Virus record (IMG/VR): IMGVR_UViG_3300014502_000005
Span: 12,237-76,236 of that record
Source of the DNA: a virus
Direction: 5' to 3' (one strand)
DNA: 64,000 nt
The position numbers were made by a program, and so were the translations under genes. The notes beneath the pieces were generated by a model. It was not told the origin of the DNA. It did no database searches and saw nothing but the letters and a program-made list of their open reading frames with translations. This document shows positions 22,101-32,272 of the stretch, in pieces. Numbering within the stretch: the first letter of the stretch is position 1; every line of letters starts with the position of its first letter.

Positions 22101-23828
22101 GCACAAAGTTCTACTACTAGTTGTAGGTCTCAAGTATATATACCAATACAAGATACTGATAATAGTATTATATTTCAGACATCAGATGTTAGTTTAGTAA
22201 TAGCGAATACATATCATAAAAGTAATGGATTAGAATACGATGCAGATTACTCGGCTCGTAATACAACAAATGACAGATGGATACCAGATAAAGGATATGT
22301 AGCATCACAATTAATATCGTTTGCTCCAACTGATAATATATTAGACTGGGATGGTACTAATAAATGGTATATTCCTTATACTACTCAACAAGTTGCCGGA
22401 GGTTGTTTTGATAGTTCATCGACAGATCCAATTCATACTACCAGGCTCAACTATGATGGAGTTTTATATGCAACTTCGATACATGGACAAACAGGGACAA
22501 GTGGGGATGCGGTATATGGAAATGCAACATCAGGACATGCTATTTATGGTTATGCAACAACAGGGAATGCTATTTATGGGAATTGTTTTACAGGTGTATC
22601 TGGGAAAATAGGGACTACTAATTCAGGAAGTACTGCTAATTTATTGGAGTTATTTAATTCATCAGGCACAGTTGCTTATATTTCAAATACTGGTAATTTA
22701 AATAGTTTAGTTTTAAAGAGTAGTGGAAATATTTCTACGGATGGATATTTTGATAACGGAACAACTATTCCTACTCATACTACAAGGTTGAATTATGATG
22801 GCCAATTATATGCTACTCAAGTTTGGGCATATGCTCCTTCTACTGGGAATAGTATAGCAATATTTGGATATACACCAGATTATGACGGAGTTCGTGGCCA
22901 ATCAGGTACGGCTACTGGCACTAGCGGAGTGTCTACTTCAGGACGTGGAATTTATGGTGTTTCTACTTCAGGATATGGAGTGTATGGACAATCTAATTCT
23001 GGCTATGCCGGTTATTTTATTCACCCAGCTACTACAACTGTCCCTACTTCGTCAACATTATCTATAAATAGACAAACAACAGGTAGCTCAGCGATAGCTA
23101 ATAATTTATTAGAAATTATAGATAATCCGACAACATCAGGAACAATATCAGGTTCGATATTAAAAGCAACTATAGTTTCAACTGTAAGAATGGATATGAA
23201 TCCAAGAGTTGTGGCAACTGGAGGCGATGCTTATATTTTTGACACCCATAATGTATTAACTACTTCTAATTTATTAAGTTTAAAAAATCAAGCGGTTGTA
23301 AAGAATTATATTACAAGTTCAGGAAAGCAATTATTTACTGCGGGAGTTTCTTCTACATTTGTAATAGCACCTGGTATTTTAAAGGACTTTTATGTTGATG
23401 CTGCAAATGTAGGTACCGGAGAGACTGATTTATATAGCTATACTACGCTAGCTAATATTTTAGCAACTAATGGTGATAAAATAACTGCCAAATTTTGTGG
23501 GACAGCTACGAATAATTCAAATACAAAAGTTGTAAGATTTTATTTTGCTGGCACAAATGTAGATGCTAATTTAATAAGTTTAGGAGCTGGAAGTAATGAT
23601 GTATGGGAAATAAATATTGCTATTATTAGAGTTTCCTCAACAGTAGCAAGATTAACGTTAGATAGTACAGTACAGTCTAATGGTATATTATGGAATGATT
23701 ATTTAGAATATACTTCAAAAGATTGGACAGCAACTAATGTTTTAAAAATAACTGGGCAAGGCGGAGCGTCTAATGATATAATAGCAAAAATGGGTTTTAT
23801 AGAATATAAACCATCATCAATAAATTAA
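19176..23828 (+). CDS. large structural / tail-fibre protein
   Basis: T/S/G-rich; four PTT(L/I/V)xGYGI fibre repeats; three RLNYDG repeats; GxYG low-complexity beta repeats. Confidence 0.7.
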   Translation: MIALSFNVIYDINQRKFKVQDTSNYSGQGVLLTDVAGVIKITTPRGITYNNTNYSSPDIIPNTSLFSGYISLPVNAQGYILAGAYTIEYFVKRISTSEISTESNSYTYSFIVPAINIVQAVDGYNSIFTSSDNTIYGTYTSLSRTHEVTPPSGSPLIVTSNSNQTITYSPNIWSGIWVSQITSVLVYTMTDGLIINASLTETKEITAYLNDMNVIRGYIETFKLLFESARATNKELAYRIELSLNKVNTSYVEYDLALYYNDLATAYLRTVDIINELSDYITITFPEEIIPFVNHQGGSSHPPVSIGGTPYGVSINASQVLTFALATTSSGGMIPQLSGNITDYIGGDGSWHSLTSGTYALKSDFTAYLSVTAITAANITNWQTAYGWGNHASAGYAIAINYYTKTNLQTSGQAAVHFGNLTNKPTTLSGYGITDSMSGNAPITGATHTKITYDSKGLVTGGSDLIASDIPNIAWSKITSGIPTTISGYGITNAYTKIEVDNKTWAWGAITSGIPTTISGYGITDAYTKIEVNAKTWPWSSITSTPTTVAGYGILNALTTAHPANNIISSGSGTSFLANDGTYKPITLGGGADTQVIFIDSTTPSGNAGFIFDKTNVRLTVTQILASNYLYIANTTTSITKDVSNNLVFTDAVSGSATLASLISGATNYWAAVSGGISYTDYVGVNNPVSLDEALTVNGNIIADNFSTTYFRYLNSNLLLGPNAGDNETGSNLLYIANSNTATPLIYGDFVNQEVKFNADTYINTVKRLAFGDSTVYIRRDSSNNLVFCDLNANSGNPLTLTELTTLTGYALKSDFISYTSATSITAANLITWGKASILTTAGAGTLFLTDDGTYQAGGGGGVTPTDYTWKFDTGSIYYRPYTNKTEAGGAASGGKFYGSTATPTATNRLNYDGYLYVTKLYSNSVEVQTALNFSNGLTENAGTVTLGGTLIQSTTIDGIYDFNVDLTDTTIVIQAQSSTTSCRSQVYIPIQDTDNSIIFQTSDVSLVIANTYHKSNGLEYDADYSARNTTNDRWIPDKGYVASQLISFAPTDNILDWDGTNKWYIPYTTQQVAGGCFDSSSTDPIHTTRLNYDGVLYATSIHGQTGTSGDAVYGNATSGHAIYGYATTGNAIYGNCFTGVSGKIGTTNSGSTANLLELFNSSGTVAYISNTGNLNSLVLKSSGNISTDGYFDNGTTIPTHTTRLNYDGQLYATQVWAYAPSTGNSIAIFGYTPDYDGVRGQSGTATGTSGVSTSGRGIYGVSTSGYGVYGQSNSGYAGYFIHPATTTVPTSSTLSINRQTTGSSAIANNLLEIIDNPTTSGTISGSILKATIVSTVRMDMNPRVVATGGDAYIFDTHNVLTTSNLLSLKNQAVVKNYITSSGKQLFTAGVSSTFVIAPGILKDFYVDAANVGTGETDLYSYTTLANILATNGDKITAKFCGTATNNSNTKVVRFYFAGTNVDANLISLGAGSNDVWEINIAIIRVSSTVARLTLDSTVQSNGILWNDYLEYTSKDWTATNVLKITGQGGASNDIIAKMGFIEYKPSSIN

Positions 23829-23829
23829 T

Positions 23830-24516
23830 ATGAACTTAAAAGAAATATTACATAGCGTATCTGCAACAATTAATCAAATTAATCCTAATTTGACATTAGG
23901 AATAGACAGATTTAATCTTTTTCTTAAACTAACAAATTATGATTATTTTAAGTTATGGTGTGGGCTTCCAGAGCAATGGCAACCTGGACAGCCAATAACT
24001 ACTAGGGGATGGCAAGTTGCCGAACAAAATACAGAAGCCTTAAAAACATTTATTGTTCCATTCCAGAATTATACAGTAGATGCGTATGGGCAATTAAGTT
24101 ATCCAAGTGGGTTTATTCATTTAAGCAGAATAGGTTATTATAATTCGATAACAGATAGGCAACGTCCTGTTGAAATATTAACACATCAGGAAGCAGATGA
24201 TAGGATTGGTAGCTATATAACAATACCCGAAAAAGAATATCCAGTAGTCATTTATGAAAACACTTATTTTCAATTTTATCCTATAGATTTATTGAATGTT
24301 AGTATGTCATATTTACGATTACCAGCAACCCCAATATATGCAATAAAACAAGAAAATGGAATAGACGTTTACGATTCGGCTAATTCAATACAATTTGAAT
24401 GGCCGGAGCAATACCATGCAGATTTAGTACGTATGCTAATTAGTTATTTGGCTATACCTTCTAAGGATGCTAATTTAAGTCAATATATAGAAAGTAAAAA
24501 ACAAATAGGAGTATAA
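23830..24516 (+). CDS. tail ring/tubular protein
   Basis: paralogous to the next gene (MxLxxIL..., YLRLPATP vs FMKNPAIP); tail module position. Confidence 0.55.
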   Translation: MNLKEILHSVSATINQINPNLTLGIDRFNLFLKLTNYDYFKLWCGLPEQWQPGQPITTRGWQVAEQNTEALKTFIVPFQNYTVDAYGQLSYPSGFIHLSRIGYYNSITDRQRPVEILTHQEADDRIGSYITIPEKEYPVVIYENTYFQFYPIDLLNVSMSYLRLPATPIYAIKQENGIDVYDSANSIQFEWPEQYHADLVRMLISYLAIPSKDANLSQYIESKKQIGV

Positions 24517-24519
24517 GCC

Positions 24520-25269
24520 ATGACACTTAATCAAATATTAAAATACGTAAATTATATCTGTGTAAAAGAGAACTCAGGAAGTACTTTAAAGCCAGATCAA
24601 CTTAATTTTATATTTCCGGCTTCAAATACGAATATGTTTAATCGTAAGGTGCAAGAATCTCAAGTAATAGCTATTCAATCTAAAATGCCATTTAATAAGG
24701 CTTTATATGAGCATTCGGCTTTAAGAGAATTTCATGTGTCAGAAAATATAACTTTTACTACAGGGTCTTTCGACATAACAACATTAACTAATAGTTATGC
24801 CTATTGGCTAAGTATGGTAACATTATATAATGGGGCTTATCGGGAGATAGAAATATTGACAGATAAAGACTTGGCTGATAGAAGGACTAACCTAATGGCA
24901 AAACAACTAGAAGATTATCCTGCTGTTATGATATTAGGAGATACAATAAAAGTTTTTCCGACAAATGTCGCGACCGCCGAATTTGTATTTATGAAAAATC
25001 CAGCGATTCCAGTTTTTGACTATTATTATGACGCTGCTTTAAATTTAGTATATTTGGCTGCCAGCGCAACTCATTTATTAGCCGCAGGAGAAACTGGATC
25101 TGCCGGACAGACAGCTGGTACTACCGTAACGTCTACAACAGTTGAATTAGACTGGAACGAGCTTTATCACGTAGAATTTTGCAATGAAGTGCTTAGTCGA
25201 GTTGGGGTCAACTTAAAAGACGAACAAATAAAGGCTTATGTAAGAGAAGTGGAGGGTAAACAACCTTAA
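24520..25269 (+). CDS. tail ring/tubular protein
   Basis: paralog of 23830-24516. Confidence 0.55.
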   Translation: MTLNQILKYVNYICVKENSGSTLKPDQLNFIFPASNTNMFNRKVQESQVIAIQSKMPFNKALYEHSALREFHVSENITFTTGSFDITTLTNSYAYWLSMVTLYNGAYREIEILTDKDLADRRTNLMAKQLEDYPAVMILGDTIKVFPTNVATAEFVFMKNPAIPVFDYYYDAALNLVYLAASATHLLAAGETGSAGQTAGTTVTSTTVELDWNELYHVEFCNEVLSRVGVNLKDEQIKAYVREVEGKQP

Positions 25270-25278
25270 TTTAAATAG

Positions 25279-25884
25279 ATGGAAAAGTCAAAATATATTG
25301 AACTTATAAGAATAAATGTTTTTGGGGGCAAAGAGACTGTAGATAGGCTACATTTAGCCGATCCTCGTCGGATAGAACTTGACATAGCATCTGCTTTAAA
25401 TTCTATTTTTTATAAAACATTTAAAAAAGATCCATCTAATTTAGATAGATATTCAAAACCTTATTTAAGCGTGGCTGTAAGTTATGAAGCTTCGACACAG
25501 ACTTATTACTCCATACTTCCGGCTAAGGTGATTCAATATCCTATATGTGGAGATGGTATTTGGAATATAAATACGATGACTGGTAAGGATGTAACATTTT
25601 CACCTATTCAGATGGGCGAAAGAGAATTATTATTCGAATCTGAATTCGATAGTATAGATGATGTTATAGGATATTCGCTAAGTGGCAGTAGGGTTGATTA
25701 TTATAATTTTGACCCCATAATAACTGCTGTTAAAATGGATTTAATAGTTGATTTTACAGAGTGGGACATGGATGAAGATGTGCCAATTCCTAGTGGTCAA
25801 GATTTAGAAGTTATAAATACTATACGTCAAATGTATAATTTAAAGCCTATTGATAAATTAAATAATCAAAACGAGACAGCATAA
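25279..25884 (+). CDS. putative tail ring protein
   Basis: size and position in the ring-gene run. Confidence 0.45.
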   Translation: MEKSKYIELIRINVFGGKETVDRLHLADPRRIELDIASALNSIFYKTFKKDPSNLDRYSKPYLSVAVSYEASTQTYYSILPAKVIQYPICGDGIWNINTMTGKDVTFSPIQMGERELLFESEFDSIDDVIGYSLSGSRVDYYNFDPIITAVKMDLIVDFTEWDMDEDVPIPSGQDLEVINTIRQMYNLKPIDKLNNQNETA

Positions 25885-26591
25885 TGGATACTCCAGGATA
25901 TAGAACATTAAAGCAAATAGTCAAAGACATACACTTGGAAGGCGGATATGGTATGGAAAATTGGAAATACATAGGCCAGTTTGCTTTAAATGCCATTCGA
26001 GACCTTCATATGTTTCATACAAAACAATATAAAATTGCTAAAGTATTTGTAGATATTCAGACTAATACTATCGATTGGCCGGATGATTATATCGGTTTCT
26101 GTTATCTTGGAGTTCCTCAAAACGGTAAACTATGCACACTCACAAGAAGGAATGAATTGATATCCACTACTACCTTGGTAAATGGGCAAGAAACATTAGA
26201 CTTAAAACAAGGAGAAGGCGTTATATCTACAGAAGGCCAAACGTCTGGATATGGTGCTAAAGGAGGTATGAATGATTTTTATTATACAGAGGACGAAGCT
26301 AATAGAAGATTTTTTCTTGTAGGGGCTAATCCATTAAACGTCTTATTGGGATATATAAGTTCTGGCATAACAGATAAAGACACTATTGTTTCGATAAGAT
26401 TTAAAGAACCTATTATAAATTATGTCCGTTGGAAACTTAAATTACGTGAACCTATAGATTATAAAGGAGCTGAATATTTTAAGGATATGTACGAACAAGA
26501 ATGCAATAAATTAAGGGCTTTTGAAGATCCAACTTTAGATGAAATTTATGATGCTTTATTATCTGAATATTCTGGAACATATACAAGATGA
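25884..26591 (+). CDS. putative tail ring protein
   Basis: WPDDYI motif; directly precedes the muzzle gene. Confidence 0.5.
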   Translation: MDTPGYRTLKQIVKDIHLEGGYGMENWKYIGQFALNAIRDLHMFHTKQYKIAKVFVDIQTNTIDWPDDYIGFCYLGVPQNGKLCTLTRRNELISTTTLVNGQETLDLKQGEGVISTEGQTSGYGAKGGMNDFYYTEDEANRRFFLVGANPLNVLLGYISSGITDKDTIVSIRFKEPIINYVRWKLKLREPIDYKGAEYFKDMYEQECNKLRAFEDPTLDEIYDALLSEYSGTYTR

Positions 26592-29500
26592 GCGAAAAAG
26601 ATATAAAAACATTTGGCGATATTTATCTGGATACTGATTCTGATCCAAAGATTAATAAAGGATCAGATTATGTATTAAATACAATAATACAATCAGATGG
26701 AAGATTTGGGGTAGCTGTAAATATAAAAGGTAACAAAGTGGTTACAGACCAATCTTTATTAGATTCTATTTTTGTAAACCCAGACAGTTCTCCGATTAGG
26801 GTAATAGGATCGTGTAAAGATGAAGCTAGGAATAGGATTATATATTTTCTTTGTAATTCAGTATCAGGGCATTTTAGTTCAGCCATTTTTTATTATGATA
26901 TTTCTAATGGAGACAATAAGGTTATTTATAGCGATACAATTGATTTAACTAATTTAGATGAGCATAATCATATAGGCGATAATTTTTTTCTTTTCGGATT
27001 AAATCAAACAGTTAGACATTGGGAAGGATTGGCTGTAGCCCCGAATGGAAATATTTATGCAGCCGCACAAACCGGAGATATATATCTACAAACTAATGGA
27101 ACTGGAGATTTTGTAGCAACTGGCCAGACAACAAGAAATTGGCAACAAATGGCAGCCACTTCAAGTGGTAATATATATGCCGTAGCCATGAGTGGCGATA
27201 TTTATATGCAGACTAATAGTACAGGTCAATTTGTATCTTTAAATCAAACAACTAAACATTGGGAAGCTATATCTATAGCTCTAAATGGAGATATATATAC
27301 AATAGGGTACGGCGATATTTATAAACAAACTGGAGGCACCGGTAATTTTGTTGCATTGAACCAATTATCTAATGTTTGGACAAGTATATCTGCCTCTCAG
27401 AATGGAAGTGGCAATATTTATGCCGTTAGGGTTGGTGTAGATATTTATATGCAAACTGGAGGGACAGGAGATTTTGAGGCATTAAGCCAAGGCTCTAAAC
27501 TATGGACAGGAATAGTTGTTGCCCCGAATGGTAATGTGTACGCAACAGCGATGTCTCATGATGACATATATATGCAAACTTCAGGAGCTGGAAGTTTTGT
27601 TGGACTCGGAGACACAAGCCATAATTGGACTTATATAACAGCAACTTCAACTAATAATATTTATGTTGTTACAGACAACGATGCTATTTATATGCAAACT
27701 GCCGGAACTGGGGCTTTTGTAGATTTAGCCGTTACGTCTAAAGCATGGAATGGAATAGCTGCGGCTCCGAATGGCAATGTATATGCGATTGCTTATAACA
27801 TTAGCGGCGAAGATATTTATATGCAAACTTCTGGAACTGGTGATTTTAACCCATTAAGCCAGACGCATAGGGATTGGGTTTCTATAGCTGCAGCTTCTAA
27901 TGGAGATATATATGCAACTACATTAACAGGGGCTACTTATAAACAAACCGGAGGAACTGGTAATTTCATAAGCCTAGGCGATACTTCTGATATGTGGATG
28001 GGCATAACTGCTGCCCCAAATGGGAATGTGTACGCTTCTGTTTACAATGGAGACATTTATAAACAAACTGCCGGAACTGGTAATTTTGTAGCGTTAAATC
28101 AGACATATAGACAATGGACGCACATGGCCGCTGCGCCAAATGGCAATATATATGCATCCGTATTTGGAGGAGATATTTATATGCAAACAGCCGGAACCGG
28201 AGCTTTTATTGCATTAAGCCAAACAACTAGAAATTGGCAGGGATTAGCCGCCGCTTCAAATGGAGACATATATGCAGCTGTCCCTTTTGGGGACATTTAT
28301 TTACAAACTGCCGGAACTGGTAATTTTGTGGCATTAAATCAAACAGTAAGATATTGGAACGCCATGGCTGTTGCTGCCAATGGAAATGTATATGCGGATG
28401 TTATTGCTGGCGATATTTATACAAACATATTTAATTATGTATATGATGACGCAAAGGCTCTTAATTTTAGCTACGATTCATTTATAACCGCCAATACAAT
28501 AGGAGATTTATTATACTGGACAGATGGATTAAACCCTCCAAGAAAACTAAATTATATAAAAGCGTATAATCTTATTAATAACATAACTACTGACTATAAA
28601 TATAGCACATTGTCAGTTGATATGATTGAGGCATATAAGCGGCCCCCTACTGAAAAAATAGGATTGACATTATTAACATCTGCGAGCGAAATTCCCATTC
28701 GTAATAAAATATATCAATTTGCATATCGTTATGTTTATGATGATTTTGAAAAAAGCGTGTTGTCTCCATTTTCAGATGTAGTATTTTCGGATATAACAGC
28801 TTTTGCCGACGGAACTGTAACTTCTACATCAAGTATTTACGGAGTAAATCTGACTTTAAAATTATATTATACGACAAATGGAACTTGGAATGATGTTGAT
28901 TCGATAGAATTATTTGTTAGAAATAGCGATAAAGGCAATTGGTATTTATATGACAAAATACCTAATCCTAAAAATGGATCAGGAGATACATTAACTTACT
29001 TGTTTAAAGACGATAAAATAAAACAAGAAGTAGATCAGGACGACCTAGGAAGACCATTTGATTTTTTGCCAAAGTTGGCAGGAACTCAAGAAATGATTGA
29101 GAAAGACAAGTTGATTTATGGGGATATTACGGAAGGGTTTGATAACATAGGTATAAATATAAGTTCTGTTGTTAATTTAACATTTGCCCATTTTGATGTG
29201 GGAGGCGGAACGGTTAGCACTATAGTTCCAAGGACTATTTCGTTGAAATTTCAAACATATGTTTCGGGATATACCTATAGCCTTATTTTAAAAATAGATG
29301 TAAAACAAACAGGAGCAAGCCCTAGAGATATTAGTACTAAAACAGTTAAGATAATATATAAAGCAGTTCCAGGGTCTACTGAATCGTCTATTTTGGCTAA
29401 TATTAGGAATTTAATAAATGCTAATTTAAATTCAAACGTATTGGGATATAGTCGGGTGACAAATTATGGTTCTGGAGTTAATTATATTGAGATGCCTATC

Positions 29501-31603
29501 GACTTTCTTACAAATAGTTCTCCTCCTACACATGAATATAGAGATATAAGTGATGTAAAGTCTTATACGACAAATTTAACGTATAAGACCTTAAAATTTG
29601 GAGGGAATTATTTAGGAGGGATTCAGTATTATGACAAGGATTTAAGGTATTCTTTTATTCAAAAATTTAATAATGACATTTTTGTTCCTAAATATTCTGA
29701 TAGCACCTATCTTTCAGCTACAAATAATTATGTAGCTTCTTTAACCGTTTCGATAAAAAATAAACCGCCAGAATGGGCATATTATTATGCTTTATGTTTT
29801 ACAAAAAGAAATAATACAGGTATTTATTGGCAAATAAAAGCCTCTAAAGATATAGAATATTTTTATGGAGCTAGTGATGGTTTTTTAAAAATAAAAGTTA
29901 ATAAAATAATAAATCAAGAACACGACGATAATAAAAAATCAAATATTCCAACTTATATTTTTGAAGAAGGAGATAGGATTAGAGTTATAGGATATGGCAC
30001 GACTATATACGACTTATTAGTACTTAACAATTCTTTTATAGATGAAAGTATTCTTGGCGTTGATTATTTGTCAGGCGATTTATCATATAAAAAAGACGAA
30101 TCTACAACTCCTGAATTTTTAAAAGATGCAAACGGGAATAAAGTTGTAGATGATTCATCATCTTTTATTATAACTCCTATTACTATTGATAAAATAAACC
30201 TTCCCTATGGGCCTATAACATCCTTGTTTTTTGAAATATATAGACCAAAAAAAGAAGCATCAAGCCCCTATTATTTTTCTACTTATTTTGGCACTATTGG
30301 GAACCCAGGAACGACTAATAATTATCATATAGGAACATCTCAAAATCAAGATCCAAATAATCCTGTAAATATACCAGCTATTGTAACTTGTAATCCTGGC
30401 GACACTTATTTAAAAGTTAGGGAACTAGAGTATACATTTATATGTACAGATGATAATTATTCGGATTATTATAATTCAGATAGCTATGGGTTAGGGATGC
30501 CAAATATATTTAATCCAGACGCAAAAGAGGAACGATTAATTTCAGGCATGAGGAATTCAGGTTCTTTATTAGAGGATACTAAAATTAATAGGCTTAATCA
30601 ATTTAAGTCGGCGGATTTGGAAATATTAAAGTCTAAATTTGGGGTTATTCATGTTTTAAGGGAAGTTGGAAATGTGTTAAAAGTACTTCAAGATAGAAAA
30701 GAGACTTCTATTTATATTAGTCGGACAGAAATGCAAAACGCTGATAATACTTCAAATGTAGTTAAATCAACAGCATTGTTGGGAACGGCTAATAAGTTTG
30801 ATGAAGATAGAGGGACTGTTTATCGAAGATCGGCCATTGGTCATAATCGGGAATTATATTATTTTGATATTTATAGGGGCGAAGTTATAAGGTCAAGTCC
30901 TAATGGCCAATATCCTATTTCTGAATATGGGATGAGAACTTATTTTAAGAATAAATCACTAGAATTATTATCTGAAGGGATAGAAAATATAGATGTTATT
31001 GCGTCATTTGACGAAGAAAATAAAATATATTTACTTACGTTCAAGGGTACGAACTCAGAGACTGTTGGATTTTATGATCCACAAATAGAAGGCGCAAAAC
31101 CAAGATGGATAAGTTTTTATTCATTCATTCCAGAACATTATGAATCATTTGGATCGGCACTACTTTCTTTTAAGGACGGGATAGGTTATCAACATAATTC
31201 ATCGAATGTAAATCGGACTACTTTTTATAATGTTAAACATAAACAACAGATTAATTGGTATTCTAATGTTGTTCCGATTATAAAGAAAATATTTAGAAGT
31301 ATAGGCGTAAAATCTAATAAAGCATGGAGTATTCCAATTATATTGATAGAACCAGATGCTTCTTATCCTAATGGGATGTTATCAAAATTAAATACAAATC
31401 ATTTTGAGTTAAAGGAAGGTCAATATTTTGCCGACTATTTGAATAATATGAAAACTACTTCAAGCTCGGCATCTGTTTTGGATTTATTTAATGGTGATAC
31501 TTTAAGAGGATATTATCTGCAAAACCAAATGGAAAATATAGAAAATGCAGAAGTATGGTTACTATCGACTGAGGTTAATTTCGATCAAAGTAACAAATTT
31601 TAA
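26588..31603 (+). CDS. tail stabilisation (muzzle) protein with inserted beta-propeller repeats
   Basis: LDTDSDP, NIKGN, IGSCKDE, LLYWTDGLNPPRKLN, QFAYRYVYDD, WISFYSFIPE and KEGQYFA motifs typical of crAss-like muzzle proteins. Confidence 0.75.
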   Translation: MSEKDIKTFGDIYLDTDSDPKINKGSDYVLNTIIQSDGRFGVAVNIKGNKVVTDQSLLDSIFVNPDSSPIRVIGSCKDEARNRIIYFLCNSVSGHFSSAIFYYDISNGDNKVIYSDTIDLTNLDEHNHIGDNFFLFGLNQTVRHWEGLAVAPNGNIYAAAQTGDIYLQTNGTGDFVATGQTTRNWQQMAATSSGNIYAVAMSGDIYMQTNSTGQFVSLNQTTKHWEAISIALNGDIYTIGYGDIYKQTGGTGNFVALNQLSNVWTSISASQNGSGNIYAVRVGVDIYMQTGGTGDFEALSQGSKLWTGIVVAPNGNVYATAMSHDDIYMQTSGAGSFVGLGDTSHNWTYITATSTNNIYVVTDNDAIYMQTAGTGAFVDLAVTSKAWNGIAAAPNGNVYAIAYNISGEDIYMQTSGTGDFNPLSQTHRDWVSIAAASNGDIYATTLTGATYKQTGGTGNFISLGDTSDMWMGITAAPNGNVYASVYNGDIYKQTAGTGNFVALNQTYRQWTHMAAAPNGNIYASVFGGDIYMQTAGTGAFIALSQTTRNWQGLAAASNGDIYAAVPFGDIYLQTAGTGNFVALNQTVRYWNAMAVAANGNVYADVIAGDIYTNIFNYVYDDAKALNFSYDSFITANTIGDLLYWTDGLNPPRKLNYIKAYNLINNITTDYKYSTLSVDMIEAYKRPPTEKIGLTLLTSASEIPIRNKIYQFAYRYVYDDFEKSVLSPFSDVVFSDITAFADGTVTSTSSIYGVNLTLKLYYTTNGTWNDVDSIELFVRNSDKGNWYLYDKIPNPKNGSGDTLTYLFKDDKIKQEVDQDDLGRPFDFLPKLAGTQEMIEKDKLIYGDITEGFDNIGINISSVVNLTFAHFDVGGGTVSTIVPRTISLKFQTYVSGYTYSLILKIDVKQTGASPRDISTKTVKIIYKAVPGSTESSILANIRNLINANLNSNVLGYSRVTNYGSGVNYIEMPIDFLTNSSPPTHEYRDISDVKSYTTNLTYKTLKFGGNYLGGIQYYDKDLRYSFIQKFNNDIFVPKYSDSTYLSATNNYVASLTVSIKNKPPEWAYYYALCFTKRNNTGIYWQIKASKDIEYFYGASDGFLKIKVNKIINQEHDDNKKSNIPTYIFEEGDRIRVIGYGTTIYDLLVLNNSFIDESILGVDYLSGDLSYKKDESTTPEFLKDANGNKVVDDSSSFIITPITIDKINLPYGPITSLFFEIYRPKKEASSPYYFSTYFGTIGNPGTTNNYHIGTSQNQDPNNPVNIPAIVTCNPGDTYLKVRELEYTFICTDDNYSDYYNSDSYGLGMPNIFNPDAKEERLISGMRNSGSLLEDTKINRLNQFKSADLEILKSKFGVIHVLREVGNVLKVLQDRKETSIYISRTEMQNADNTSNVVKSTALLGTANKFDEDRGTVYRRSAIGHNRELYYFDIYRGEVIRSSPNGQYPISEYGMRTYFKNKSLELLSEGIENIDVIASFDEENKIYLLTFKGTNSETVGFYDPQIEGAKPRWISFYSFIPEHYESFGSALLSFKDGIGYQHNSSNVNRTTFYNVKHKQQINWYSNVVPIIKKIFRSIGVKSNKAWSIPIILIEPDASYPNGMLSKLNTNHFELKEGQYFADYLNNMKTTSSSASVLDLFNGDTLRGYYLQNQMENIENAEVWLLSTEVNFDQSNKF
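26985..28425 (+). repeat. 12 tandem ~40-aa propeller-blade repeats
   Basis: consensus FVALNQTxRxWxGIAAAPNGNIYAxxxxGDIYMQTAGTG, counted 12 times. Confidence 0.85.
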
Positions 31604-31609
31604 AATGAT

Positions 31610-31617
31610 TAACTTTG
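31610..31617 (+). promoter_or_regulatory. Bacteroidota-type -7 promoter element
   Basis: TAACTTTGTAAAAATA; same motif at 39612. Confidence 0.5.
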
Positions 31618-31630
31618 TAAAAATAATAAT

Positions 31631-32272
31631 ATGATACCATTAGTTGCCGCGGGAATTGGAAGTGCAATTGGACTAGGAGAATCTATATTTGGAGGTATAA
31701 AAGCTAACAGGGCCAACAAGGCTATGGATCAACTAGAAAAGAATAAACCCATATATTCGCGTCCAGACGAGATTAAACAATACCTTGAACAGGCTAAGAC
31801 GAATGCTAATTCAAAAATGCCTGGTCAAACTCAAATGGAACAAAATGCCCAGCAATCAACTCAGTCTATGATGACTAAATTGGAAGATTCAGGTCAATTA
31901 GATGCTGGGTCTATTCAAAAATTATATCAGTCAGAAGTAGGGGCTTATAATAATTTAGCTATGCAGCAAGCGCAGTATTATCAGTCAAATCAAGACAGAC
32001 TAAGTCAAGCTTTTAATGAATCTGCTAAATATGCAGATCAGGAATTTGAATATAATATAAACGCTCCTTGGCAGCGTCAATATAATAGGCAAATAGGCAA
32101 TTATGAAGCTGGACAAAAGATGGTTGGACAAGGGTTGAATACACTTGCTTCATCGGCTATGAATTATGCAGGAATGAAAAGTGGTTCATCTCAAAATGAT
32201 TCATCACAAACATTTCCTGGGAATAGCATGGATTCTTCAATGAATATACGACAATATAAAAATCACGTATAA
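31631..32272 (+). CDS. putative ejection/internal virion protein
   Basis: G/A-rich hydrophobic N-terminus, Q-rich helical body, follows the muzzle gene. Confidence 0.55.
   Translation: MIPLVAAGIGSAIGLGESIFGGIKANRANKAMDQLEKNKPIYSRPDEIKQYLEQAKTNANSKMPGQTQMEQNAQQSTQSMMTKLEDSGQLDAGSIQKLYQSEVGAYNNLAMQQAQYYQSNQDRLSQAFNESAKYADQEFEYNINAPWQRQYNRQIGNYEAGQKMVGQGLNTLASSAMNYAGMKSGSSQNDSSQTFPGNSMDSSMNIRQYKNHV

Noticed and set aside
26985-28425. Diversity-generating retroelement TR/VR pair
   Set aside because: These are in-frame protein repeats without adenine-specific variation, and no reverse transcriptase is in the window.
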